A stretch of 57,357 bases of DNA, filler included, from Platydemus manokwari (lineage: Eukaryota), in NCBI GenBank assembly GCA_037951405.1. It is 5 parts of 5 records of this genome, joined end to end, with 100 filler letters (N's around TTAATTAATTAA, not from the genome) between each part and the next. Parts side by side here need not be neighbours in the genome. Positions count along the whole stretch, not along the records: positions 9,207 to 18,198 come from JBBMOY011317871.1; positions 18,299 to 31,496 come from JBBMOY011800283.1; 3 more parts are not named here. One strand, 5' to 3'. The notes beneath the pieces are model-generated. The model saw only the letters and a program-made list of their open reading frames with translations. It did no database searches and was not told where the DNA came from. The translations under genes were made by a program, and so were the position numbers. Of this stretch, positions 13,051 through 27,117 are shown in pieces; within the stretch, counting starts at the first letter, position 1, and each line of letters starts with the position of its first letter.

Positions 13051-14795
13051 AATTAATTGTTTAAATTTATTGTAATTATTAAAACAAGATTTGTGAAATA
13101 AATTTTAAAACATACAACATATTATTATTAGTTTAAAAATAATCAATTAAGTGATTAAATTTTTGAACATTCCATGCATAAAAAGAGACGGGTCGGTTTC
13201 ATAAAAATTATAAATTATTAAGATCCACGAGTTTTCTGTTGATTGGTTATTTTTATGTATCGATTGAAATAAGAAAATATTTAATAATGTGTATATCGTT
13301 AAGATTTTACCAAATTTTTTATTTGAATCATCATGATAACAATAACCTAAGTTATGCGAGTAATGAAATTTGCTAATTTAAAATTTCTGCTATTTTTCAA
13401 AATAATTTTAATGAGTTTGACATGTTTGAATAATTTGAAGATTGAAATTGAAATTATTTTATTTTGAAGAATTATATAGCTTAACTGAAGGGTGATGCTG
13501 ATCATTTTTCAGATTTTTATGTTTATAGAATCAATAAAACTAGCTTAATTTTGACATTTTCTCGTGAAATTAAATTTTAATTTAACATTCTGTAATTTGA
13601 TGAGTTTCATTTTTATTAACTATTGGATATACTGATATACTTTTATTGTTAATGGAGATAGTGATTTTTATTCTTGTTATTATTTCTTTTGACAAATGCT
13701 ATACGTGTGCTCCTCATGTAACTCGGAATTTAGGTTCCTTGAAAAAGCCCTGTTATGTGAAGCGATGATAAGAAATTCAAGGTTTCGCAATATGAGGATT
13801 TTAAAAATTGATTTAAACAATTTTACAAATTATTATCAAGTTATTAATTTGGTTAAATAACTGTAGTTAAACATATAATTTGGTGTCGGGATTTTTCTGT
13901 TTGTTTCCAATGCGGGATTTATTAAATAACAGAGACTAACACATATGACAAAATATTTTTATCAAAAACTGTTACACAAATATTTCATATATTTTACTTT
14001 AGTGGGTTAGAGTGAAAACGCACTATAGGTGTGCTCACCTACGTTAAAAATCTCTAAAAAACTATAAGATATTAGTCGATTACAAACGTCTGGCACATAT
14101 TGTCAGAATTCGATGAATTGTAAAAGACATTACTTTAATTGTTTTCATTTTATTTATTTATTTTAAAAGAATAAACCGTTTTAATTCCATATTTGAACTT
14201 TATTTTCAATTTAAATTTCATTCACCATTTAAAAGAGATATAACAGTGACTTCATCATTAAATTTGGATTTAATTGTCAAAATTCATGCTAAAAGATTAA
14301 TTTACTATTAAAGTTTGATAGTGAAATATATTAAACAATAAATCAATATATTTTAATGAATATCAATAAAATTATCAAATTTCTGAAGTTCTTTAAATAT
14401 TTAATTTTAACAATTTATCTATTGATGCCGATTACATTGAAACTCATTTGTTAATATTTAATAAAAATTAAATTTTTGAGCGAACTTTTTATTTATTAAA
14501 TAATTTTATTTTATATTTCAATGAAAATTGAGATATCATATGATATTTCTTTCTTTCAATGTAAATTATCCTATTCTAAAAGAGATTATTGGCAATCAAG
14601 CTGATCTTATTGATTTTATCAATTAATTTATTTCCTCTTTGATATTTCAAACGTATTCAATTTATCGCGGATTACTAGTTTTGAAATTTTAATATTTGAT
14701 TTCAGAAATGCAAAAATTATTTAATTCTTTGAAAAATTGAAAATTTAGAGTTCTGAATTCAATTAGCTGATTAGAAACAATTTTTATTTGACATC

Positions 14796-15345
14796 TTAAC
14801 TGAAATTTGCACTATTATTGACATGATAGTTGGTGTCCATGACATGTGTGAACATAAAGGGCGGTGGAAAACACATTACCATTAAGTGACCTGATTCTTG
14901 TTTCTTGTTTTCGATATTAGTTAGTATTTCCTTGTATTCCATCGAATCTCGATGATTTGCTGTAATTCTTATTCTAGGACCTTCTCTTTTAAGAATTTGC
15001 ATGCCTACATAGCTACACAGGTATAGCAACTAACCAATGGAAAATTCAAATTCGAAAAATGGATATATCCGCATGATAACAAACACATAGGTATTGGACA
15101 ATCCCGAGTACACATAATCAATAAATCCAATTGGAACTTTAGAAATAAAAGATCAAATCAAACCTTGACCCCCTAATTTCAAATATAAATATTGTGTAAA
15201 GATGCCAAACTGCCAATTGAAAGTCAAGTTTTACGTTGATGGTTTGTGGCGTTTTTGTTGAATTCGAGTTATTCGTGTTTGTACTAATTAGTAAGGTCTA
15301 CTGAAATACAGATTGCCACCTTCGAATCCAAATATATCTATCTAC
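14796..15345 (-). pseudogene. Unidentified ~180-codon reading frame with four in-frame stops
   Basis: IDIFGFEGGNLYFSRPY*...VPIGFIDYVYSG...LMVMCFPPPFMF stays in one frame, and GC is higher than in the flanks. Family not recognised. Confidence 0.3.
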
Positions 15346-15749
15346 TTGTTTTATTTACCTTTATAATATATTGGATGTTGTCTGGGCAAATTAAGTTTTA
15401 TAAAAGAGAAATTCTAAATGTGTTCACTTTTCATTGAGATTCAATAAAGAGATTTATTTCTAATATAAATTGCTAATTTCTTTTACAAATTCTAAACACA
15501 CTTTCTTGAAAATTTAAATTTTTGGAATCACAAGATAATTAGATAACAAAGAATCTGAACTTAAGATTGACTGAGAAATTATTATAAATATTTTAAATTA
15601 TTATAAATATATTATAAATATTTTTTTTTAATTTTTCAATGTAATCTGAATTTCGTCTGATTGTATTTTTACCGATTTAATGCCATGACTGAAATTTCTT
15701 TTGAATTCAATACTATCGACGAAAATAAAGTTAAGGCTTCGAAAAACTA

Positions 15750-16934
15750 TTGGGTTGGTGCATAAATTCGTGCGGTTTTATTTATTGCAAAGAAAACGCT
15801 CGGACTTCTTGTTTTAATTGATTTGAGTTATATTCATTCAGCTGAATTATCTATTTAAATCATTTTAAAATGAAGAGTCTACTCTTTTTCTATTTTAATC
15901 AACATTTAAGCAATGCAGAAGCCACCAGAATGATTTGTTTTGTTTACGGAGAAAAGGCAGTCAGTGAACGAATAGCACAAAAGTGGTTTTCGAAATTTAA
16001 GAGTGGAAATTTTAATTTAAACAATGCACCTCGACCTAGTGACTTTGATGAAGACTGTTTAAACCAATTGATTCATGATGATCCGCTTCAATCGACATGG
16101 GCGCTTGGACAAGCCATAAATTGTGATCAAACCACTATTTCTCCGACATCTCAAGAAAATGGGAAAAGTTCTAAAGCTTGGATCATGGGCACCTCAACTT
16201 TTCAAAGAAAATCACAAAAATCCACGTGTTTCGATTTCCACATCTTTACTTGTTTACTAACAATTTGCTGTGCAGCAACATCAAACTTTCCTTTCTAGGG
16301 TCGTTCAGGTGATGAGAAATGGTGCCTGTATGTAAATTTGAAGCACAAAAAAGATTGGGTAATTCGTCAAAAGCAACCACAGCCACCTGATAAACCCGAA
16401 GTTCAATAACGCAATCTTGTTGTGCGTTTGGTGAGACCAATTTAGTGTTATTCATTAGGAAATCTTGCCAAGAAACCTAACAATCAATGCCGAACTTTAT
16501 TAATACTCGGCGTCATGTCGTCACAATGACAAAGTTGGCTATCGAAGAGCTTGGTTGGGAAGTTCTTCCTCGACCTCCATATTCGCTTAACTTAGCATCA
16601 AAAGTTTTTCATCTTTACTGCTCTATGTTGAACGAACCATATTTCTGGTCTCACATTTAAAAACAAAGAAGAATAATAGCGTGATTTGAGGAATATTTCG
16701 ACCAAAAATCACAAAGCTTCTTGAAACGTGGGATTGACAAACTTCCAGAACAGTTGAAGGAAGTGATAGATTGTGGCGGAGAATATCTCACCGATTGATA
16801 CTGAGATATTTGTTTTATCTAATGATTTCATAAATTCATTTTATTACCTGGAAATTTTTGCACGGTTTTTATTCTTGATCAGTATGCATTTTTCATGATT
16901 GTAAAAAACCGCATTAACTTATGCACCAACTCAA
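15750..16934 (+). mobile_element. Mariner (Tc1/mariner, Hsmar1/cecropia-like) element with both ends, defective transposase
   Basis: 30-bp TIRs ttgggttggtgcataaattcgtgcggtttt and aaaaccgcattaacttatgcaccaactcaa (4 mismatches). TA at 15748-15749 and 16935-16936. The TIR resembles Hsmar1 TTAGGTTGGTGCAAAAGTAATTGCGGTT. Confidence 0.95.
15870..16797 (+). pseudogene. Mariner transposase, frameshifted
   Basis: HTH region AEATRMICFVYGEKAVSERIAQKWFSKFKSGNF, GDEKWCLY, LGWEVLPRPPYSLNLA (HPPYSPDLA-like) and GIDKLPEQLKEVIDCGGEYLTD*. Confidence 0.92.
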
Positions 16935-17094
16935 TAAAAAATTGTATTAAAATTGAATGAATTTTCCTTTATTTCTATTTATTTTTAAAGATGTATGTAT
17001 TTATTTTCTGTATTATCTGTGGAATGCATTTTAAAATGAAGGCAAACATTGTTAAACCTAGCTTACGGTATACATCAATAATTTATAATTATAG

Positions 17095-17532
17095 GTGTCC
17101 TCAAATATTCAGACAACACTTCTCGATCATATTTACCTGAGTATATTCCTCTACAACCTGAAGGAATTAGTAATTCGGCATCCAAACCCGACAATTCTTT
17201 ACCGAGAGAAACTAGTACCCTTTTAGTTGGGGAAAGTGATACACCTTTAAAATCAAATGGTGAATCCAAGATACAAATAAACCCTTCGGTTTCTTTAAAT
17301 CGACAAAATTCTAGTAAGAAACGCATCTATGGGCAAAGAGTTACCTTTAAAGATGACCAACTAACAGACACGGTTGATTGTAGCCCAAACAACAGTGAAC
17401 AAAGTTCTAACAATACTTCATCCAGCGATAGTGGTATTGATAGTAATTCCAAACAGTCAAGAAGTCTACTTCTGCAAAAGTCAGACCTCAATAATATTAA
17501 TCTTTTAAAGCGGCCTGATGTTAGCATTTACG
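17095..17532 (+). CDS. Internal phase-1/phase-1 exon encoding a Ser-rich cytoplasmic region with RVTF and DSGIDS motifs (delta1-protocadherin-tail-like)
   Basis: 438 nt open between ttatAG and GTGAGA: VLKYSDNTSRSYLPEY...GQRVTFKDD...SSSDSGIDSNSKQ...DVSIY. The ORF track shows only its antisense ORFs. Confidence 0.7.
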
Positions 17533-18198
17533 GTGAGAGAATCTTTTACTATTGCGCATAAAGAGGGAAAATCTTTTTAAATATTTTTCTTTTAAGAGTT
17601 TCTTTAAAGTCCTTCTTTTATTATATTTATTGAAATCATTAGCAAACAATAATGATATAAATAAATAATAATGCTTGCTATTGGTGATTAAATAAATAAA
17701 TTGTAATCTTGGTGAAGATGACCAGTCTGGACAAATATATTTTGTATGGTGGGTCTGTATCTAGAATCAGTATAAATATCTAAATAAATCAATGATCTGT
17801 GCCTATTTAAAAACTAAACCAGAATGAGAATCGAAATTACATCTTAGGTAGCTGGTTTTATCATTAAAGGTAAACAGTCAGCGTAAATAGAAAATACTAT
17901 ATCTCCTTTCGTTTAAGGAACCATCTAATGAAAAACAAAGTTGAAAATCAATAATTCTATGTGAATGAATATTTCCACCGCTTCGTTAAGTTCTAACTTT
18001 TATGATAAATAAATATTTATTTCTTTTAATTTTAATTTTATTATTTTAATACAGGTGGTGTAGTAAAATTATAATATTAAGTTGTGTTTGTGAGATATTT
18101 TTTATAACTTTAATTAAAAATAATTTCAATTCACATTTTATTCAAATTTTATTCAGATTTAATTTAATTTTATAAAAAATTAAATTAATGTAAAATTA

Positions 18199-18298
18199 NN
18201 NNNNNNNNNNNNNNNNNNNNNNNNNNNNNNNNNNNNNNNNNNTTAATTAATTAANNNNNNNNNNNNNNNNNNNNNNNNNNNNNNNNNNNNNNNNNNNN
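18199..18298. other. Artificial contig-joining spacer
   Basis: 44N-TTAATTAATTAA-44N. Confidence 0.97.
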
Positions 18299-18421
18299 AA
18301 GCGAGTTCTGAAAGAGAAAAGGTCAGAATGGGCTGACAGACATGATAAAGTAATTTTACTACATGATAACGCCAGCCCGCATGTCCATCATATTGTAAAT
18401 AAATACTTAGAAGGTGTAAAC
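18299..18421 (+). mobile_element. Mariner transposase fragment (second family, Mos1-like)
   Basis: KRVLKEKRSEWADRHDKVILLHDNASPHVHHIVNKYLE contains the LHDNAxPH second catalytic Asp motif. Confidence 0.85.
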
Positions 18422-20204
18422 AGAGAAAATCACAGAGAAAATTATATAAAGATAAATATGAATGATCTCTTATGATAACAACAAAATAAAACTAACATTC
18501 ATCAGTCAATTTCTCCAAACTGTAAAAATGAAATAATAAATACATGTTAATATTCTTTAACAACAAATATCCTCACTTGGGAGTAATTGTAAAGACAGTA
18601 TATATAAATAATTTATAATTTATATTTATTTATTAATAAATACCATTTCTTGATACGCTGTACTTGGATAAATTAAACATATTTTACAAATAACTTGTTA
18701 TCATTTAACATAAACGTCACATGTAACTCAAACATGAAGAACTTGAGAATCTATTATAATTTGGAAATAATCAATCAATCATTACCATTATATCAATTGA
18801 AAAATCAATTTGTAAAACTGATGAATTGTGGAAAGGGAGACTTCAAAAGACGACTTCCAAAAGTCTTACCTTTTGTGAGTATTTTTATTATATTTAAAGA
18901 TATGATTTATACAGGAATATATGAATTTACCACAAAATATGTCCAATAATAATCAAAATTATTATTTATATTACGATAAAGAAAATAAAAATTGATTATG
19001 GTAATACTTTATGTGCTTACCTTGATTTTAAGTCATCAATTTTGTTTCTCATGTTCTCAAAAGCTCCATCTTTAACTAAAAAATCAATAAATCATTTATA
19101 CTAAATAATAAATCTATATATTTGTAAAAAAATATAAATATTTATAATATTATTATTATTTTAATTCAATTCAAACTTGTAAATGTTAAGAGAATTTGCA
19201 CACTTAATCATTATCAATACTGATTCACCGATGTGGTGTTTTGTAGTTCTTTCATAACTTTCAGTTTCAACTACAATTTCAGTTGACAATCTCAATTATA
19301 ATTTGACCTTATTGCTTTTTATTTTAATTTCTATTTGAGTATCTATTTTCAGAATATTCATTTCAAAATCAAAGGTAACAAAATATCGGTTTTATTATGA
19401 ATTTTAATTTGTCCAATAAAATGTCAAGAATTTATCATGGAATTAAACCATTAAGGATTCGATGATGCACACGCCCTTTTCGATTGGAATAATAAATGAA
19501 TTATAAAATAATCAGAATCAATGTTAAGTTATCGATACCATATCCATGAAAACCCAAGATTGAAAATGAGGTTTTAAGTACATTTTATTTTATTTATAAA
19601 ATTCAAGGACTGATATAATTGTTTATTCAGGAAAACATAAAACACAATAGTGTGCTTACACAAAATGAATGTTTTCAATGTAGAAAAATTTAACGATTTT
19701 TTCATATCAATAAAATTAAAAGTGTCACCAAAGAGTAGAATAAATAATGCTGAAATTCGAGATTAGGAAAAGAGAAGAATATCTCAGGATTAATATGTTT
19801 GATTTAGTCTTTTCAACACCAATTGTTAACAGATATCTTAAGAAAATCTTTCCCCTTTGTTTATTTGAATTTCATTATTTATTTATAACGTTGAGCTGAA
19901 CTGATTACTGAAAGCAAAAATATGTGATACAATTTGTGAAGCAGCTCATAAGAATTTTGTGCTTTATTCAATGAAATTAACTTGTTAAAGAAGAACTAGT
20001 TTACTTCAATTTGATTCAATTTAATGGGTTTTAAACCTCAATAATTTTGTTAATCTTATCTCTTATTATGAAAACAATGTTCAGTTCAAACAAAATAATG
20101 ACAATAATAATTATTTTATAATTTTATGCCGATCATTGCACGTCATGATAACCACGTAAAATTTTAAAATCATCGTTAGATCCATAATTAAAATTAAAAA
20201 TAAC

Positions 20205-23200
20205 CTTTACAAGATTCTTCAAGTTTTTTATTTTCTTTCATCATGGACTCCTCTGATGTATTCATAAACAATAGAATCAATCAAATAAAATTTAATTATA
20301 AAATCTCAGAATAATAATAAATATTATAAAGTACAGATTATAATAATTATTGACAAATTATATAAAACATACCCGTCACCTGCATTGATTCACTAAAATA
20401 ATGAAATCAACAAATGCTTGTCATGTAAAATATAAAAGATAATAAAACTACATCCGAATTTAAGAAATGAAATCAAATTCTTTATAATTATTAGCAACAA
20501 AACAAAACTTTCAAATTTTAGTCATGATTTTCATACAGGATAATTCATCACTGTCTTTTAATTGAGCTTTCGAGCGACTTCCAGTAAATGGGTCTTTCAA
20601 CACTCAGCATTACCACAATTTTACTGAGGAAATTTGAAGCAAAGTCTTTCGGATAATTGTTTCATAATCAGTATTATTGGTTTTACATACATCATCACTT
20701 CTGTCAGTTCTTGAAAGTAATCAATATCGAGAATATACTGTTCACATTACCAAGTATTTTTAATCTTTTCACTACCACTTTGACAGTTTTTTAATAAATT
20801 TCTGAAGCACTCGCTGTGATTTTCATTTTCATTTCAAATCTTATCATGAAAACGGATAAGCAGATCTTTATTTTTGATTCAATTTTATCAAACATTTGGT
20901 TTCATATGATTTCGACAAATGATTGTGAGAAAAGAGAATCATTTCAAATCCTAATCCAAGCACCAATTTATTAGCTACAAACAGTAATCAAACCTGAAAT
21001 ATATTTTACGATAAATTTAATTATGATTGGTCCAGAATAATGAGTTTATTGTAACAAAAATGTGCTCGATTAATAAATTTCCAATAAAATCTTCACCAAG
21101 AACTGAAAACATGGAGTTTTAGAATGTTTTACTTTTTACTTTAATGGAAATATAAATTTGTCATCATTTCATAAAAGTCGTATGGATAAGTCAGTGTTAT
21201 CGTTAACTTCATATCTAAGTAAGTTGAGAATCTCAAAGATAGAGCTATCTATATCAGTTATTAGATCTAATATTCCCGAAATCTACCAAAATCGACAATG
21301 TCAGATATCACTTGAAAATTCATTGATAACATATTTATTCTTATAAAAGTTTGGATAATTATAATTTTCTTAACAAATATTTCATTTCTTATATTTGTGC
21401 GATTCCTTATAATTTTTAATAAATATATATATTTATCGATATTCTAGTTACTGCTAACCAGATCTTTATTTTGAAATCTATTTTATCAACAAGTTGATGG
21501 AATGTCTAACAAAAATTCGATTTTGTCATTATGGATATTTGAATTACCTATATTTTATAACTTCATTGATTCTGGTGTTCAGCAACTCACAATCAAAAGT
21601 GTTCTGTGAGTTTATAAAATGGTGATAATCACAAATCTGACGTTTTGTAAAACAAAGCCCTCAAACAAACCTCAATTTGCAAATAATTGTGTAAACCTCA
21701 ATACCAGTACCAACAATCAATGGTAATTTATAACTCCAAATCAAATTTATTATATTATCTTATTAAATAACAACAAAAGATTACATTTTATCTTGTAGTG
21801 ATTGTATCTCATTATTCAAGCTTTTTATTTCTTCATCTTTATCTAAAATTAGAAAAGAATCTTCTAAATAACTAAACAGATTCATATTCACCTGTAATGA
21901 TTGATTTATTATCAAATAAAGATCCCTTCGAATTTTCAATAGAATCTCTTAATGAATTTACTACAAAAATAGAAATAAAATCGTTTTAATATTAATTTAC
22001 ATTCATCATCTTTCATTTTGATTTCATCAATAAATTTCTTTATTTGTTCATCTAAATAATAATTACTTTTAGAAAAGGCAGTTAATAAAACCATATGTAT
22101 TCAATAACTGAAAATCGATAACAAAAACAACTTAAATATAATAATAATTGAAGAGAACTTAGCACTAAGAATAATACTAAATGTCTTTAAAATTTTATTT
22201 GCTATTTACCAAAATCTTGGCTCATACCTTGTCAAGGTAATCTGAAGAAAATAATAAATGGAAATAATAAAAAATCATAAAGAAAATTTGATTAGTTCAT
22301 GGATTTCAAGTCACAGGCAAAACAAAATTATTTAATAAAATAAATTAATATTAAATAAAGTGAAACAAGCTGCTACTAAATAATTTATTTATAATAAAAT
22401 ATATTTGTACAAAAATCCCCAGATAAATTGGTAATATTAACAAACTACATAAAAGTTTAACGTGCTGGTTTTGTGCTTGAACTACGATACTAAATTCAAC
22501 GTTAATATTACATAATGTGATGAGGTTTCGACACTTTCCTGCTATTCTATCAACATCAAATTGAGTTACAATAACAATACATCATAAACTATAAGATTTT
22601 GAATCAAACAAAATTAACTAAAATAAAATTAAACCAGAAATATAGTTGCAAGGAGGGCTAGAAAATAATAGTGAAAGAAATCGAGGTCAATTACAACACT
22701 TACCAGGCTAATATGCTTTCTTACAAGGTGATTATTTCTATAGATTCATGGAGCAATTTATCTTGTAATTCATTAATTAATTGAAATACAAGAATGATTT
22801 TTAGATTGTTATGGTCAAAAAATTGACAATGATTCTAACTCTTTTTTAAGTGGTGTGAATGTTGCTGTAATTCGGAATTATCAATAAATAAAATTAAGGC
22901 TATGACATTAATATTTATTGACCCAAAAGAAAACATTGACATAATCCAACAATCAAAATATTTCATTCCTTTAACTGGGCTCAATCATCAATAAGTCATT
23001 TTGAAGAGATTTGTAGTTAAAAGTTTGTATATGTTGCTTGTGTTCGCCTCTTATTCGATGTCATGCTTTTTTGTCAATTCCAACTGAGTTCATTGATTTA
23101 TCATTACTGGGATAAACGTGTTGTTATGTAGTCACCTATTATAACCAAATTGAAATCATCGTTATAAGCTACTTCTAATTTGTCAGTTATAATTTGAATG

Positions 23201-26200
23201 TGTGTTTAATCTGAAATCAAGTGATGATCAAACATTCTCATTATCTTTCTAAATAATGAATGAGTAGCTTCAAATTTTACAAGGATCACAGTAATTTAAT
23301 CACAACAATTAAATAATATCATAATTACTAAAATTGATTTTATAAAGAAACAAAGGTTTGAAAATCCTGTTTCATTATGAGATTCAGTCTTTGTCAAATC
23401 AATAATGAGCATATTTTAATTACAAATAATTTGTTTTATTAACACTTCATATAAATGAAAAACAATAATTTACATTTTAATCTCGAAATTAATTTATTTC
23501 CATAAAAATTTATTTCATAAAAAACATTACTCAAGCAATTACCTTTAGATTCGACAGTTTTCTTTAGATTTAAAACATCTTTTCCAATGCCTAAATTAAA
23601 AAAAAGTACAAATTGAGGTTTGTAAAATAGATTTTTTGTACTTGAAATTTCATCTTCTGAAGAGGCCAATTCTTTCTTTTTTAATGCTAATAAATCAAAA
23701 GTAATTAATTAATACAATAACATCGTAAAAAGGGAAATAAAGCATAACGAATCAGATTAACTAAATTCGATTGATTAAATACTTGAAGAAAAATATATAA
23801 AAGCCCATTTACTCCGCATTTCATTTAAAAATTTGCACATAAGCTGTGAATAAATCCATGATTAAACAGAACATACTAGTGATAACAGATTGTTATTAAT
23901 ACTCAACAACAATGAGACACATAAATATTTACTTAACAAAATGTTGCTGTAGAAAATTATAATTGATTCTTAGTGTTATTTATAGTAAAATATATAAAAT
24001 TAAAATCTCAGATGCTATCAACAGAGTTGCAATAATTATTCAATATCAACGGAAAAGAGAATTGATCCATCCAGTATGATTTTCTAAAGATATGAGTGGA
24101 CAGCAATAATTCGTTTTGATTATTTACTTATTAGGAATATATACCAATTCTAGTATTTTTCATGTTTTAATTGATTGTTTATAATTCTGTTTTCAACAAC
24201 AATGGTTGCTGCTTTACAGTTCTTTTATTAAAACTGTATTAAATTCTAATTGTCGGCGAAACTTTTCATTCCAAACATATCTTTACGCCAAAATCCAAGA
24301 CACTGAATATAGACATCGAAGCAGAGCAAAACAAGGGTTTTTATGTTAATTGCAATTTATATAACTGAATTGCGAATTATTTTAAGATAAACTGTTCCAT
24401 TTTATAAGCTCGTCTATTATTAATTTCATTTTATCCAATTTAAAATACCTTGTCAAATTGTATGATTTCAACATCATGTTATAAAAGTTCAAATCTTCAC
24501 TTTGTTTTAATAGTTATAATTTATCAAACTATTCATTCAAATTAAACAGTTAATTATCAATAAATGATTCGAGCTTTTACAAGATTCCATTTCATTCAAT
24601 TAATTATTAAAATATCAGATAAATTAAATCTTTCAGAAATTTTTCAAGCCAAATTGATTTCTTTTGGTACAATAAAATGAAATCAACATCAAAAACTCGT
24701 GCAAATTCTTACAAATCAAGTATTAGATTAACACAAGTCGATACTTGTTTCGACTATTCTGACCAAAAACTCTACAATTATATTTACGGATTAAAAAGCA
24801 ATGTTTTACAAACTTGAGGCTGTGGAACAAACACATATTTCGTCACGGAGACTCGTGCAATCAACATATTATTAAAATAAAATGTGAACAATACTGGTAA
24901 ATATGTTGCAAATTATTGAAATTCTTAACTTTATTTCGTTTGAAGTACCACTACACCTAGCGAAGAAATCAAGTAACAATAACATTGATGACAATCTCCC
25001 TTTTAGTTTAGTTATTCATTTCTATTAATCTATGACAAATGCTTTTAAGAAGAAAGAGCTTGAAGGATGATATCATGTAGATAATTTGTTTAAGATATTC
25101 GAAATTTTATTCTTTTCATAACTGAAAACCAGTTTAGTACAAATGACTCGTGAATTTTTAGCTTAACAAAGAGAAGTATATGAATTTCGATGGGATCTTG
25201 ATTAAAAACCATTTCTATAAAAGTTATTACCAATGAAAAACGAATATAAATAAAAATAAATACAAAATAAAATAAAAATTATATATATAATATCCCAAGT
25301 AAAAAGGTAAGGAGAAATATTCAATACAATAACAATTCATAAAATTATTTTAAAAAGTCTACCCGTGGTTTTCTTTTTAATTTTTGATTCTAATTTTTGG
25401 ATACGTTCGCTCATCTCATTTTTTTCTGAACATAGTGTAATCAACATTAACTAATACATGCAAATAAATTTTAACCTTCGGTTAGTTCATCGCATTGTGA
25501 TTTAATATTTCTAAGGTCTCTTTTCAACGCGGTTCTTTCATTTACAAGTTCTAAATAACGAAAATATTTAATAAAATCGAACAGAATGTTATATTTGTAT
25601 TCAGGGTATCAGCTGAAAGCTTAAAACCCAACACACATAAAACTAATACTAGAAGAATAAATAATAATTATCCAAATCAAATTTTGTGTCACAGGATAAT
25701 GATAATAGGAATGATTTTAAAATGTTTTACATTTAACAATGTAAACAAAACCAATTAAGCAAATAGAGTCTAAACGTAAGAAGGGCGTCGAATATGTATA
25801 AACCAATTAAATATGTGTAAATATCGAGTATACAATTATAAATGATTGCCAACTACTTAAAATAGAGAAAAATAAAATAATTTAAATAATGAGGTAGAAC
25901 AATATATAATCTCTTCAAGCTCTATTGAGAAGTAATATCAGTTTTAAAGCAAATAAGTATGAAAAGAACATAGCTTGATAATGAATCTAAACAGTGAAAC
26001 CAAAACCATCATAATCTACAATCAGACAATTTATAACTTATAAATCATAATCAATAATATATTTATATATTGTGACAAGTGATGTTACAATCAGTTTAAA
26101 CAAAAATAGAAAACCAATGGACCAATTTAAGGATATTTAATAGAAAATAATCTTATTCCTTAATTTATTTCTGTAATTAATTAATAAATAATTAATCCAA

Positions 26201-26613
26201 TAATATTAGGATCTCATAAAATTTTATCCTATAAATATTGGCTAAATTATCATTCATTATCATAATTTATTATTATCATTAATTATATTGTTATAATTTA
26301 TTATTATCATTAATTATATTACTGACTGATCGCCATGAATTCCAATTCCTCGTATACAAACATTAATAAATAATACCTTCATTTTCTTTTTCCAATGACT
26401 CATTTTCGTCACTCAATGTTTTAATTTTCATCTGATATTTTCTATTAGCTGGATCAAGAGATTGATATCCATATTCATCTGTTTTATCGAACGTTTTACT
26501 ATTTCATTTTACATTCTTTATGTATATATTCGATATTATGATAAATGTCTTACTTTTGTGATTTTTCCAAAGCTTTAATTTCTAAAGATTTCTTTTCCAG
26601 AGCATCTTTTTGA
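20205..26613 (-). CDS. Multi-exon coiled-coil protein gene with micro-exons, partly degenerate
   Basis: Short AG/GT-bounded exons encode QKDALEKKSLEIKALEKSQ, QMKIKTLSDENESLEKKMK, ELVNERTALKRDLRNIKSQCDELTE, EKNEMSERIQKLESKIKKK, DEQIKKFIDEIKMKDDE, DKDEEIKSLNNEIQSLQDK and VHDEENKKLEESCK. May represent more than one gene. Confidence 0.5.
24010..25200 (+). pseudogene. Possible degenerate cadherin relic inside an intron of the coiled-coil gene
   Basis: Fragments ISTEKRID, HIFTPKSKTLNIDIE, YKLEAVE and IDDNLPF; heavily disrupted. Confidence 0.25.
26262..26320 (+). repeat. 31-bp-period tandem duplication
   Basis: ataatttattattatcattaattatatt occurs twice. Confidence 0.8.
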
Positions 26614-27117
26614 CTAAATTAAAAGGCAATTTGATGAATTTTAATCAATAATCTGATTTGCATTGCAGTACGAAATTAATTGACATGAACAATAAAAAGA
26701 TTCAGCTTGAATATTATTTATTTATTTTAATTAAAATCACAAATAAAATTATTCAATTCATTGTTATAGTCAGTTTAACGTAAAAACTATAAAGATTGTT
26801 TGAAATTTATTTTTATTAAAGATTTTCAAATAGGTTCACAGAATTTAAAAATCATTCAATAACAAATGCAAACCAACAGCAACATCTAACATAAAACACT
26901 CGATAATTATTTGATAGTATGAAAGTTATCAATAATTTTTAACAACTTCAATAAAGAAAAGCCAACTTTTTCATCACTTTTGACTCCAAATGTTTCATAA
27001 TTCACTTTTCCTCAATGCTTAAATTAATTATTTGAATTTTCAGGTAAATATTAATATTATTCAGATAGTATAAAACAAAATGAAGAATAAAATTTAAAAT
27101 AGTTGTGGATACATTTC

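Noticed and set aside
4630-15345. Alternative genetic code (TGA=Trp, TAR=Gln) suggested by many in-frame stops
   Set aside because: Clean exons (3015-3728, 17095-17532, Nup96) contain no internal stops, and most stop-rich frames also have frameshifts. Ordinary C-to-T/G-to-A decay explains the pattern.
14796-15345. Myosin (DIFGFE) or CSL/Su(H) (CFPPP) assignment
   Set aside because: Isolated short matches; the surrounding sequence fits neither family.
17075-17527. Minus-strand ORFs 17075-17326 and 17327-17527
   Set aside because: Antisense shadows of the plus-strand exon, which has proper splice sites.
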